A stretch of 64,000 nt of DNA, taken from contig NC_059432.1 of the NCBI RefSeq assembly GCF_021028975.2, positions 42,656,001 to 42,720,000 of the forward strand. Reading direction: 5' to 3'. Source of the DNA: Sphaerodactylus townsendi. Its lineage: Eukaryota. The notes beneath the pieces were generated by a model. That model made no database searches. It was not told the DNA's origin and saw nothing but the letters and a program-made list of their open reading frames with translations. A program made the position numbers and the translations under genes. Shown piece by piece: positions 47,675 to 59,732 of the stretch (position 1 is its first letter; every line of letters begins with the position of its first letter).

Positions 47675-47910
47675 AGTGGTGTAGTGTCATAGCCAAGAGT
47701 GCGCTATGAATCAGGAAGGTCCTGGGAGAAATATCTCTGCCATGAACTCACTTGGTCATACATCTGCCTCTCCACTTCAGCCCCCATCTCAATCTGCAGC
47801 ATGAGGATTATAATACTGACCTGAGCTGGAATGGGGCGGTTCCAAGGATTTATGAAGGCATTGCATGTGAAGCATTTTAAATGTTGTGGAGCGCTATGTA
47901 AATATTGCTT
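47675..47910 (+). mobile_element. Ancient MIR/CORE-like SINE remnant
   Basis: GTGGTGTAGTG head, CATCT..ATCTGCAGCATGAGGATTATAATACTGACC core-like segment, ATGTGAAGCATTT tail. Confidence 0.5.
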
Positions 47911-48826
47911 TATTAGAGGCAATATTAATTGTATGTGCCCTAGCATTATTAACATTGGGCATAATCCAGCAGAATTCTCATATCCTGGTATGGCATAGCT
48001 AATTAAATGCCAAGAAAAAAATAAATCTGCCTGTTGAAGATTGAGATATGAAGGGGGAAAAACACATTTATGTGGGAACAAAATTTAAATCCTTTTGATG
48101 CCATTTTACCTGCTTTTTACCAAACCTGTAATTAAAAAGCCCACTTTCTGGCTTTTCAATATGGACAGTTCTTTAAAACTGGATAAAGAACACACCTGTA
48201 TTAAAATATAAAGTTTGTGAATAAAAAACAGAGTAAACATAGCATTATTAGAAGCACTATGATGTTGTTTGTTTAGGGCTTTTTTAAAGCTAAAAAGTAG
48301 TCTTCTCACAAAACCTAGGATAAAGGGAGAGGGGTGTCGCTTGTAAATAAAGAGAGCTGACATTCAAATTTAGTGTATCTTATTCTTACATCATATTTTT
48401 ACAACCACATTTCTCTTCATAAGTGAACGTCTGAGTAATAATTAATGAGTAAATATTCTTGATTTATATGAGTATTTCACTTTCAGTTCTTGTAGCTGCA
48501 GTATACATTTTTTTTCCTGAAGAAATTCCGTATACTTAAAATATGTTTCTTTCTCCTCTTTTTAATATCAAAATCTGGAAAATAACCTGCCAAACCAATA
48601 ATTTCTTCCCAGGAGTGTTGCAAAAGGCCTGGATGTTAATTGCATTTAACCTAGAATGGCAGAGCATTTTTCCCCCTTTATACAATAACTAATATGTAAA
48701 CTACTGTTGCACTTTGAAATTACTTTCACTTAAATTCTATTATTGGCACTCCACAGTGGAATATATCTAGGGTCCATTTCATTAAAAAAGACTAATTATG
48801 CTGGCACTGTGCAGCGCACCCATGAA

Positions 48827-48888
48827 TCTCTCTCTCTCTCCCTCTCCCCCCCCCCTCTCTCTCTCTCTCCTTCTCTCTCTCTTTCTCT
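48827..48888. repeat. (CT)n/C-rich polypyrimidine tract
   Basis: Seen directly. Confidence 0.9.
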
Positions 48889-49250
48889 GCTGGGGTAAAA
48901 AAGAAAGATTATTCACAATATTGAAGATAATGATTTGCACTGGCGTGCTCAGGACAAAACTTGAAAATTGGTTGCTCACTGGAATTCTATTTTGATGGAG
49001 AATGGAAGGAGATCCCTAGATTTTGTAAAGAATTCAAACTTTCAACACAGTGGCCTGAATGAAAACATTCCCCTTGTTTATTTTGTTTTTCTGTGGAATT
49101 ATGGCTGAACAGATAACCCAACTTTTTGGAAAATTTTGATAATAGCATTTATAAGCTCACTTTAAAGATGTCTACATCACTTATGAAGGAGCCAAACAAT
49201 TAGAGTTGGATGGAATAATTAGTTCTAACTGGACAAAAATGGCAGACAAT

Positions 49251-50198
49251 GGTCGATTCCCCACTTGCGGAATCAACCTAGGTTTGACCTGGTCCATGAA
49301 AATATTGACCTAGGACGATTCCACAGTCACTCCCCACAGCAGCTGAGGTCATTGTTCTGGTGCCATGCTCAGAGGGCGGGATCACCTCATCTCCTCTTCT
49401 CCTCTTCATTCCCGATTGACTGTTGTCTGCTCTACTCAGCTATCAGATCAAAATGGCATCTATCCCTCAGAATGACAAATGTTTTTAACATGCCACCAGA
49501 AGAAGAGGAAGAGTTGCATTTATATCCCCCCTTTCTCTCCTGTAAGGAGACTCAAAGGGGCTTACAAACTCCTTTCCCTTCCCCCCTCACAACAAACACC
49601 CTGTGAGGTGGGTGAGGCTGAGAGAGCTCCAAAGAACTGTGACTAGCCCAAGGTCACCCAGCTGGCATGTGTTGGAGTGCACAGGCTAATCTGAATTCCC
49701 CAGATAAGCCTCCACAGCTCAAGCGGCAGAGCGGGGAATCAAACCCGGTCCTCCAGATTAGAGTACACCTGCTTTTAACCATTATGCCACACAGGGAGTG
49801 TAACTGATTGGCCATTACATCACTAGGCAGGGGAAATGTTGCAACTTCGTTGCTATCAGCAGTGTGTAAATGTGAGCTGTTTATATGTATGGCCATGGCT
49901 TTGTATACAAGAAGGAATTTTTTAAGGTGTGCTTTCCCCCGCTGTGAGCATGCCCAGAACACTTATCTGTGATTGGCTGAATGGGAGAATCACGGTGAGG
50001 AAGATTTCCCACTTTACCAGCTTCGACCTGAGTTTGACCTAGGTTGGCAGAAAAAACTATACCTCCCTGGTGGAGTCAGAAATTTAACAGTAAGAAGGGG
50101 CAGAGCTGGAACAGACCTGGGTTGAACTCAGCAGATGTGGGGAATTCTAGGTCGAACCTAGGTCGATCCTAAACAATTCCACAAATGGAGAATCGACC
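49251..50198. mobile_element. Non-autonomous PIF/Harbinger-like element containing a SINE insertion
   Basis: TIRs GGTCGATTCCCCACTTG / CAAATGGAGAATCGACC, 3-bp TSD AAT, repeated subterminal GACCTAGGT motifs at both ends. Confidence 0.8.
49499..49790 (-). mobile_element. tRNA-derived SINE, Squam3-like
   Basis: Homologous to 27800-28115, (TTC)n tail. Confidence 0.88.
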
Positions 50199-52361
50199 AA
50201 TGCTGGATTTTTAAAATTCATAAATATTTGTCCTCACGCCCAGAATCTGTGCTATATCAGAGTTCAGTAAGAGTGCATCTACCAGCATCTGGTGGATTCC
50301 TTTAGACCCTGCGATTTCCCAGTGTTGAAAGGTAAGCAGTACATACACAAAAGTCTTCTGCATCATCTCCATCATCATGTTCTTCACCAGCTTGAACCAC
50401 TTGAACAGATCTATGAACTAGCATGGTTTAAGGTTGAGACAAATGTTCTTCAAAATGGTTTTTCAGCCAAATAGCAGTGATTGTCTTGGAGGTGTAGGGT
50501 CTATGTCCTACAGACATTTTTTCCCTATTTATTCTTCGTTAAGTGATCCCAGCCAATCAGGGATCATGTTCTTGATCTGACTGTAACCATGTAGCTGCTT
50601 AGAGTTAATTATCTGCTATCATCAGAAAGGACAAATTAAGTTCATACTGTTCCTATATTGATCACTTGGGCGATCATAGGAGAAATCACCAATTGAAAAG
50701 TTTCACAGTCCCTTTGGAACAATAATATTTTTCATGAATCCTAGACTTCACTTTTGGCTCATGTCTAATTAATACTGCAATATAATCCTTCAATCTTGGC
50801 TTCACTCAGTGTTAATACTTGTATTTTGTTTGCAGGAAGAAATGTTGCCCCTCCTCTCTTTATGGATAAATAATTATTATAAAATGCTGTAGAACTAATG
50901 TCCATCACATCTTTTATCAAATGCATACTTGAATAAGAACATGTCTGAACCTTACTGTCTTGGTATCATACTATTCAATAAAAACAGTACTACAGAATAC
51001 TGTAGTATTAATCCGTCAACAATTTAGCTGTGTAATCACCCCCACCCATTAGTTTATCTGACTGCAGAACATTATTGATTTGTGCATTTAAACTAATAAA
51101 GACCTTACATTCAAACCTGATATGGAATAAAAGGTCTTGTTCAGTCAATACTCTTCAAGAGACTACTTCAAAATTCTTATCAAAGGGTTGGTGACCTGTA
51201 CATTGACATTGGCCCTCTGCTATCAGAGGAAGAACCCACTTGCACTTGTCATTGACTCTGTCCTCTCCCTTTCCCCCCTTAAAGTACCATATTGAGCAAT
51301 AACTTAATACAGCTAAGCATCTTCCATTGCACGTACGTGAGGGGAAAGCATAAAAACCGAGTAAGAACAAACATTTGATTTCTTGGGATTATTCAAATGA
51401 TTTCCAGGTGTAAAATACCAGCTATGTTTTTATATTGAGAAGGCTTAATGAAGCCCAATATTTGCTTCTGTTTCTATTTCATAAAGGTAGATAACAAACT
51501 TTGTATCTGTAAATTTAAATGGTGGTTTAGTTAATGAATCTTGCTTAAAAAATAACTCTTCATTATTGATAAAACTTCTCTCTTCCATCAGAGGATTTGA
51601 TGCTTTAGTGATTGTACTTTGTTTATTCTTTCCTTGTTTGGATCTTCTCGTATGCCCCTATCCCCTGGTGCTGCAGTTATGCCATTCAGGCTAAGGTTAA
51701 GAGTTGTGCAGACTGAAAAAGGCAAATATAGGGGAATTGTGGGGAATTTATGCAATGGAAGATCCTCCTCCCTAATATTCCTAGAGGTCAGAGGCAAAGA
51801 TGCAATGTGCTAGCGTTAATTCTGGTGATCATCTGTCTGACAAAGCCAGGGTGCCTTGGAAATGTTCAGTCTCAAACACTTAAAACTTGGTATTAGACTA
51901 CATCTTATTACATATGGAGTTTAAGTTTGTGTATTAGAAACAAACAAAGGCTTTTTCATCAAAATATTACAGTTGTATTTATTACTCCATTTTATTCATT
52001 TTATTCCATTTTTTATTCCATTTATAATTAAAATCAAGGAGCTTAGAGCAACTTACCTGTGGTAGCCAGGTGATATCCCTTCAAGATCTCCTCAAATATG
52101 ACTGGCTGCATGTGTGTTTTTTCATCTGCTTGAATGGGCAATGATATCGCTAGATTAAGATCTAAATTACATAGTCTAGTAGATCAGGTACCTATTATCA
52201 GTTTACTAGGCTGGTGGCAGCCATTCATTTGGAAATATTGTATTAAAAATTGGTCTACTAAATAGACAGGCCAAAGTCAGTGTTCAATGTATGAATGTAC
52301 TATTTACAAATCAGCAAATCGCTTTCATATTCTGTAATACAAACAGTACTATATTCACTAT

Positions 52362-52425
52362 TGGGAGGGGCTATGGCTCAGTGGTAGACCATCCATTTTG
52401 CACACAGAAGGTCTCAGCAGGTTCA
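52362..52425 (+). mobile_element. tRNA-derived SINE head fragment (not a tRNA gene)
   Basis: GGGGCTATGGCTCAGTGGTAGA...TTTGCACACAGAAGGTCTCAG gives an A box and tRNA-Ala-like anticodon region but no intact cloverleaf. Confidence 0.55.
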
Positions 52426-53381
52426 TGTGAATGAATATAGAATTTTAGAAGAAGAAACACCTTTCTATGGACACTGCCCACAGATTCATAGCTTAAAAAA
52501 AGCAAAAAAAGATGAAAACAGAGTATATGACACAAATGAAACTTTCTTAGTTTTCAGTGGAATTCCTTAATTCTACAGTGGAATTCCTTAAATACAAAAG
52601 TCATGACTTGGGATGGCTTATTATTTTAGTTCACATTCTTGCTAAGGTATGCTTTGATACCCCAAAAAACCATAAGAGTTAGATAACAGAAACTGATTTT
52701 AAAAGTGCAGTTTATAGTGACTTAGTGGCAGAACCACACATGACAAGAGAAACAATATTAACATGGGGTGGGAGGGAGTTCACAGGGGAGAATAAGTACA
52801 CAATAGGGGTGCTCCCCTAATCTTGGGGGTGCTCCCCTAATCTTGACATGTGTACCCCCTTTCATTACCATGTTCTTCAGTAATTGGGCATTAGGAGCTT
52901 GCCTGTTAGTTTAGCCCTACACCTACCCAATACCGCCATGAGATTTTCTGTGGAAATTCAATACTGACACTATAATGGTGAAGTTTTGTGTAAATCAGAA
53001 ATTCATTTGTGAGGAAAATGATTCATTTGTGAGGAAAATGATTCAGAGTTGTCTATGAAAGCATTTAGATGTATTCTGTACATTTACTTAAATCATTCAG
53101 TTGCCCACATTTATTATCAATGCCAAAACAATAGAAACATTTTACAAACTTCATGCATTCTATCATATAAAAACAAAACATAGTTGAAAGATAGCTTCCC
53201 AATTCAGAATTCATTTAGATTTTAAACAGAATGATGTTGCTCTTCTTTAGAAATCAAATTGCAAAATGTGTGATGTGGATATAAACAATCTCTTCAACAC
53301 AATTTCTTTTCCTGGTCAAACCATGCAAAAACAAAACAAAACAAAAAAGCCTTAAAACTCACAATGGAGTAACTTCCATTT

Positions 53382-53778
53382 NNNNNNNNNNNNNNNNNNN
53401 NNNNNNNNNNNNNNNNNNNNNNNNNNNNNNNNNNNNNNNNNNNNNNNNNNNNNNNNNNNNNNNNNNNNNNNNNNNNNNNNNNNNNNNNNNNNNNNNNNNN
53501 NNNNNNNNNNNNNNNNNNNNNNNNNNNNNNNNNNNNNNNNNNNNNNNNNNNNNGCTCNNNNNNNNNNNNNNNNNNNNNNNNNNNNNNNNNNNNNNNNNNN
53601 NNNNNNNNNNNNNNNNNNNNNNNNNNNNNNNNNNNNNNNNNNNNNNNNNNNNNNNNNNNNNNNNNNNNNNNNNNNNNNNNNNNNNNNNNNNNNNNNNNNN
53701 NNNNNNNNNNNNNNNNNNNNNNNNNNNNNNNNNNNNNNNNNNNNNNNNNNNNNNNNNNNNNNNNNNNNNNNNNNNNNN
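53382..53778. other. Two N-runs (172 and 221 nt) separated by 4 called bases GCTC (53554-53557)
   Basis: Undetermined bases. Confidence 1.
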
Positions 53779-54813
53779 GATTTGCATTTAGAGGAAGAGA
53801 AGGAAAAGTTTATTTTATCTTTTAAAAGGCAGGAAAATTTAATAGCGATGTGATATGCTGAGCTACGCGGCTTAGTATTCAATCGGAACTTCCAAATGAG
53901 TATTAAAGGGTAACCTTAAATATTAAGACTTATTCTGAAATTTAAAAATGCAATGGCATTGTTGTTGAGTATAACATGCAAGGAAATCCCTATTAAGCAT
54001 ACGTGCATCAAAGAAGGTTAACTCAATTTCACATCTAACATGCTTATTTTAAGGAGGATTATGCAGCCTTATTCTGCAACAGTAGCAAAGAATGCTCATT
54101 TCAGAAGCATGGAGAAAATGCCAAAATCTATATAAATGAAGGGTTGTTTCTCCGTATGCATAAACAGTGCTGTATAAAATATCTAAATTAAAATACATCC
54201 TGAAGGACAACATGACTAGGGTGATAAAAAAAATACTCCTGGAGATCATGAGACATTATTAGCAATCCTTTTAAGTGTCTTTATTTTCTCCTCCTTGACC
54301 TCTTCCTGGGAGAAACTGATATTTTCTGCGGCTTTGCACCACTGACACCAAGAGGGTAATTAAGTAATTTCCCCCAAGAGCTAAAGTTTTAACAGGTTTC
54401 AGTGTACAAAACATAAGAAAACAATTATTTTTATCACTTTAACTTCCAGTGTGAATCCATGCAAATTGACTGACACAATTAAGCATTTAGTCAACCATAT
54501 TTGTTTGCAGAACAACACACATTGTAAATGTGGCCTAATGTTCCTGCAGGCTGCTGATTATAACTTTACTATGATATTAGCCCATAGAAATCAATGAAGA
54601 GACTCATTAGTAACTGAGCTAAGCCCTTTCTATAGAACAAAGGTCAGCATGAACATGGAACCATTTCATGAGGAAGGGGTGAAGGAAACCATATCTCTGT
54701 ATGAAATGGAACATGAAAACACATGGATGAGATGGCTCCCGCAAGAGTAACTGATATCCTGGGAATAAATTAGGAACATATAAGTCCAAATCCGTAGAGC
54801 CCTATCCTTACAA

Positions 54814-55027
54814 CTGCCCTGACCTGGATGATCCGGGCTAGCCTGATTTCTTCAAATCTCAGAAGTTAAGCACGGTCAGCCCTGGTTAGCATTTGAATGG
54901 GCACCAAGGAATGCCAGTGTGGTTATGCCGAAGAAAGCAATGGCAACCCACTTCTGTTAGCCTTTTGTTTGAAAATCCTATGGGGTTACCGTACATCAGC
55001 TGTGACTTGGCAGCACTTTACATGCAC
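54814..55027 (+). mobile_element. 5S rRNA-derived SINE (SINE3 type) with RTE/Sauria-like tail
   Basis: GCCTGATTTCTTCAAATCTCAGAAGTTAAGCACGGTCAGCCCTGGTTAGCATTTGAATGGG aligns to 5S boxes A/IE/C. Tail GCAATGGCAACCCAC...GAAAATCCTATGGGGT...TGACTTG. 10-bp TSD ATCCTTACAA. Confidence 0.85.
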
Positions 55028-55540
55028 ATCCTTACAAGCATGACTCTTGTAGTATGCCTCCACTTAAATAGTCATTCCGCTTTGGTCTCATTTCTGCTTA
55101 TTTTGGATTCTTCTCTTCCTCTTCCTAGTGTTAAGTTCTCTCTGTATATTCTAGAGTTCCTTCCATATATGATGGCAATGAATCCACAGTTTGTTTGATA
55201 ATTGGAAAGTTCAGAACATTCCATCAATGGTGTAAAAAACCCTGAAACCTGTCAGATACTTTGGCAACAGGAAGTAAGGGTGAGTGCTTGTAGGATTTGG
55301 TCACAGTTGTTCTGTTGGTCCTGGTTAAATCATGTTATTGTCATAGGATTAACCAGGCTAGATGGAATTAAGTTTGTATAATTCTTTGGTTGCAATAAGC
55401 TACCATACTGAGATAGGAACATAGGATTTGGAAGCCAGTTGCCTGCACAAAGGAACTCATCTTTCTTTTGAGCTCACGTTGTCCCACATTGCCCCTGCAC
55501 AGCAGTTAAAGGCCATTGGAGCAACCTTAGAAAAACAGTA

Positions 55541-55740
55541 CCTGACCTGGATAGCTCCAGGCTAGCTAACAGCATCAGATCTCAGAGGTTAGGAAGGGAT
55601 AGTATTTAGTAGAAGCAACATCCAATCAACACCAGGATCATGACATGGAAGCAGGCAATGGCAAACCATCTCTGAACATTTCTTGTCTTGAAAACCCTCT
55701 GGGGTTGCCATGAATCAGCTGTGACTTGACACAAAAAAGA
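55541..55740 (+). mobile_element. Second copy of the 5S-derived SINE
   Basis: Same CCTGACCTGGAT head, degenerate 5S box A, same tail. Confidence 0.78.
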
Positions 55741-56429
55741 AAAGGAAAATGGAAAACATCCTTGCTGTTATCATAATTAGCAATGTTTGCCAGGCCTTAA
55801 AATCCATCTCTTGGTCATTGTCTAATCGTGCCCAAGAAAGAGTACCTGTGCTGCGGCTATGGAGATGAACAAGTGGAGCTAGATGCTTATGCAACTTCTC
55901 TTATGCTTGGGTGATCTTCCAGCTGCTGTGATGGAACAAGTCTTGAAATCTTTTCATAATGATTTGCTGTTACTGTGGAGCCCACATAGTGTTTCATCCT
56001 GGATTTGAATACAAAGTAAATTTTAAATTTTAACAAAGTAAATTTATCTTTGCCACAGCACATTAATTTGTACAGTGCTAAAAACAATGACCAAGGATGG
56101 CACTGGGTTTGCAATGATGTTTCTTGTCATCACTCTGGAAACACTGTTCTGTTCTAAATGTTGTATAACAACATGTTGCTACAGTTAACTTCCAAAATGA
56201 GGATGCTGTATACATAAAGACACTGTTCAACATTTCCTTAATTTGTTAGGCATGGACTGGAGTCCCCCCCCCCCAGAAGCAAAATATAAAATATCATTAT
56301 GAAACTGTACATAGTGATTCCTCCATAATGCACCCTCCAACGTATTAGGAAGAGATTGATAAAATGGTTTCAGGAAAGTCCAGCTTGAAAAGATAACCAG
56401 ATGTCTGTGAAGATTCTCAGTCAGTGTTC

Positions 56430-56655
56430 AACAGCATGCAACAGTAGTTTTCCTGCATTTTGTCCAGTTAGTGACTAGACACAAGAAGGCTTTTGCAACC
56501 TCCAAAATGATAAAGGAATATATTCTTGTAGCCAATGACATATCATCGGAGCACAATGACACAATGCTAGTGGAAAAGATGAAAAGTGGAGCACTCAGTG
56601 AATTTGAAAAGATGTTTTCCTTGCTCATGTCAGACAATCGAGATACTATGTGATA
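56430..56655 (+). pseudogene. Possible ancient hAT transposase remnant
   Basis: LVTRHKKAFATSKMIKEYILVANDI resembles the IAK.KKPFT.GE.IKE..L.A motif of Charlie/SPIN-type transposases. Weak. Confidence 0.3.
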
Positions 56656-57229
56656 ACACTGAATGATCACATTCCTGCAAATCTTGAGGGAAAATTCAGA
56701 CCCTTTCTAGGCACATAGCTGATTATTCTACTTTTAATTGCTACATACCTTTTTTTAAAAAAAATATAGGGTTTGATCCATCATACATTTACATGAGAGT
56801 AGTGTGGGGTACTTCAATTACTAAGTACATGACAAGCATTTAACTTTTGGTTTTTGGAAGTTATCCCTATTTCTTTATTGCTGTAAGTGGTAATGAAAAT
56901 GGTATTAGGATATGTGGCTTCTGAATAAAGTACACACTATCCTGCTTTTCTAATAAGGAGCAAAAGAACCTATTTAACGTCAACTGATAAATTGGTTATA
57001 TTATTAGTTAAGAATGTTACTGAATTTTGTGAACATACTGTTCTCAGTTTCCCAATTGAGGGGACAAAACCTCACTTGTCTTTTCTTCTGATCAGACAAT
57101 AAAACTGATGCCTGTTTTTAATATGATTTGCTTAAAATTGGTCAACATTGGTATAGCATGTGAAATGAGCTGGGAATACTACCACCAGCAGCACAGCAAA
57201 AGGAAACAGGTTATGGTTGCAATGACAGG

Positions 57230-58077
57230 TGTGGAGAAATGGCTCCCCGCTCCCTTTTTTCTTTTGCCTCCTCCCCTTCTCCAATCAGGTACAAGAGATT
57301 TGGAGGACTTAGAAATCCCAGAGAAACATCAGGAAATGCTACCTGACCTAGGGGGAAATGATATCTTGACCCAGCCTGACCTGGTCAAAGGAAGGTGGGG
57401 TCTGGGATTTGATAAATTGAGGGAAAGAGAGAGGCTAGGTCCTCTTTGCTCAGGTGTCTCTGGAGGAGAGCAGAGCTCTTGCCTGAACTGGGAAGGCTGC
57501 AGCCATTTTCTGGACCATGTGCCAGGTAATGTGAGCTCTTTGCCAATTGCAACATTTTAAGCTTTAAGGACCTACCCTAATTTCTACCATCTCCTAGCCA
57601 GGGTATGTATTAGTGATGGGGGCAAGGGATTTGCGCTTATATCGCCTTTTCTTTGGAAACCCTTGCTAAATCTGGTGCTGTGCTAAAACATATGGTAATC
57701 ACTTTCTTTTTAATAAATACTTTTTAAACCTTGGATGTGGAGGACAGTTCTCTGTACCACATATGCCCCACTGTCTTCGACACGCTATTTAAACAGGAAG
57801 TAGAGGAAGGCTGAGCAGCTTTTCCTCCAGAATCTCCAGTCTACCCTGTGGAACCCAGGAGAGGGGAACCAAGGGGAAACTGAGGCAGGGGCCTCACACA
57901 GTTGGATAGGAAGCTGGGAAATCCTGATCTTCCCCAGCGTGTACTCCTCAAATGATCAGGTGGTGGCAGCATACCCAGAGAGAAAGTTAGCCCTCCCCAG
58001 GAAAAGTCGGTAATTCCTGGGGGTGTGCAGTGTGCGAAATAGGGCCTGCCAGCCAAAAGCAAGCCCATTTCGCCACA
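57230..58077 (+). mobile_element. Solo LTR (848 bp)
   Basis: TG...CA ends with 13-bp imperfect inverted termini TGTGGAGAAATGG / CCATTTCGCCACA, perfect 5-bp TSD ACAGG, AATAAA near 57712. Confidence 0.88.
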
Positions 58078-58801
58078 ACAGGCTATGGACCCAAAAAGAA
58101 ATTTAAAATGATATATTCATGCATTATCCCTTTTATTAAGGATAATGTGAGTATGGAAAAACTTTTCCAAGGAGAATGCAGGTTTTCAAAATGCAAGAAA
58201 AAATATGTGAAAAGATTAACACAAGTAAAATTTGTGTGCATCTATGAGAATTAAGCAATAAGGTGGAAACTATTCTATTTCATCTACTTCTGGAGGTCAT
58301 TTTTTGGAGTCCCATCTGTGGGAAACCACTTGGGTGAAGCAGAATCTCACCAATTGTCTGATCAACTCATGTCAAAGAACCTCATCATTCCCACCATCCT
58401 TGGTCATACCACTTCATTTGAGTTTTCATGTCAAACCATGCCATCTAAATAATCTATGAACTGATCCTTAGACTGTATTTGCAAAAGGAAGATCATTGGG
58501 GACTGGATGGGTTAATCAATATTCCTCCCCAGGATATTAGTCCATGTGTGACATTGGGTGGATTCTACCCAGCATATGTATAATGGGTCATGGTCATTAT
58601 AAAGGAACTCATTTTCCTTTTCCCCAGTCTCATGTGTGCCCTTTACCCATACAGGCAGTGATTGGAGCCCATGGAAACAATCCAGGTTGCTTTCATGCCT
58701 TTGCACGGAAATGCTTCTTTTTTAAAAAAATCTCCTGCAACATGTGCATAGCTGCACAGGCATACAGAAACGAACCCCCTCAGCCATGTCAATTGTCCCA
58801 C

Positions 58802-59732
58802 CAAGGACGTAGGTAAGGGGGGTTTCTCAGGTTCAACCCCCGCATTACATGTTTGAAGCGCCGCACCCCGTTTGTGGTTTTTGAAAATATTTTAAGTGTT
58901 TTTGGTTTCTGGCCCGCAGGGGCACAATTTTTAGGTTAGCAGCACCAAAATTTCAGGGATGGTGATACTACCCAGGTTTGGTGAAGTTTGGTCCAGGGGT
59001 GCCCCATCCCCCATTGTCTCCAGTGGGAGCTATAAAAGATGGGGTCTACATCTTTGAGAGTCCATAACTTTGAACTCCCTGAACCAAACTTCACCAAACC
59101 TGGGTGGTATCATTAGGAGAGTCTCCTAAAGATACACTGAAAGTTTGGTGCTGCTATCTTAACAATTGCACCCCTGACAGCAGACACCCCCCAAGTTTCC
59201 CCAGATTCTCCTTTTAAATCCACTCCCTTCAGCATGGATTTAAAGGGAGAATCTGAGGTCCCTAGTTTAAACATTAAAAGTGATGCTGTTCCAGGGTAGG
59301 GGATAATCCACCCCAAAACAGCATTACTTTCAATGTTGTTTTACCTGGGGACCCCAGATTCTCCCTTTAAGGTGGATTAAAAGGAGAATTTGGGCTCTTT
59401 AGTTTAAACAAAATTGAAAGTGATGTTCTTTGGGGGTAGATTCCAGAATCACAGCAGCCGCCCATGGAGGGGGGTGCACAAAACTCAGATTTTGCACTGG
59501 GCTCCATGTTCCCTAGCTACGCCTCTGCCCAGAGGGGAGGGCAGAAGGGGCTGCCGGCTACCAGCTGGGAGCCCAACTGGTGGGGAGGTGGGGAAGGGCA
59601 GGGCAGGGGAGTCTGCTGACCCTGGCCTCAGAGAGCTGCTTTTATAAGTACTGAGGCCAGGCGCGGCTTGGGGAGGTGTGGCCACACCCCCTAACCCGAA
59701 CCCCCCATAAAAGTTCTATACCTACATCCCTG
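58802..59732. mobile_element. Non-autonomous hAT element (931 bp), composite
   Basis: TIRs CAAGGACGTAGGTA / TACCTACATCCCTG, perfect 8-bp TSD TGTCCCAC (58794-58801, 59733-59740). Confidence 0.9.

Noticed and set aside
52362-52425. tRNA gene
   Set aside because: No acceptor-stem pairing or intact T arm; it is a SINE head.
52806-53045. CRISPR-like direct repeats
   Set aside because: Two-copy adjacent duplications without spacers, in eukaryotic DNA with no cas genes.
54835-54910. 5S rRNA gene
   Set aside because: Heavily diverged, lacks both 5S ends, is fused to a retroposon tail and flanked by a TSD.
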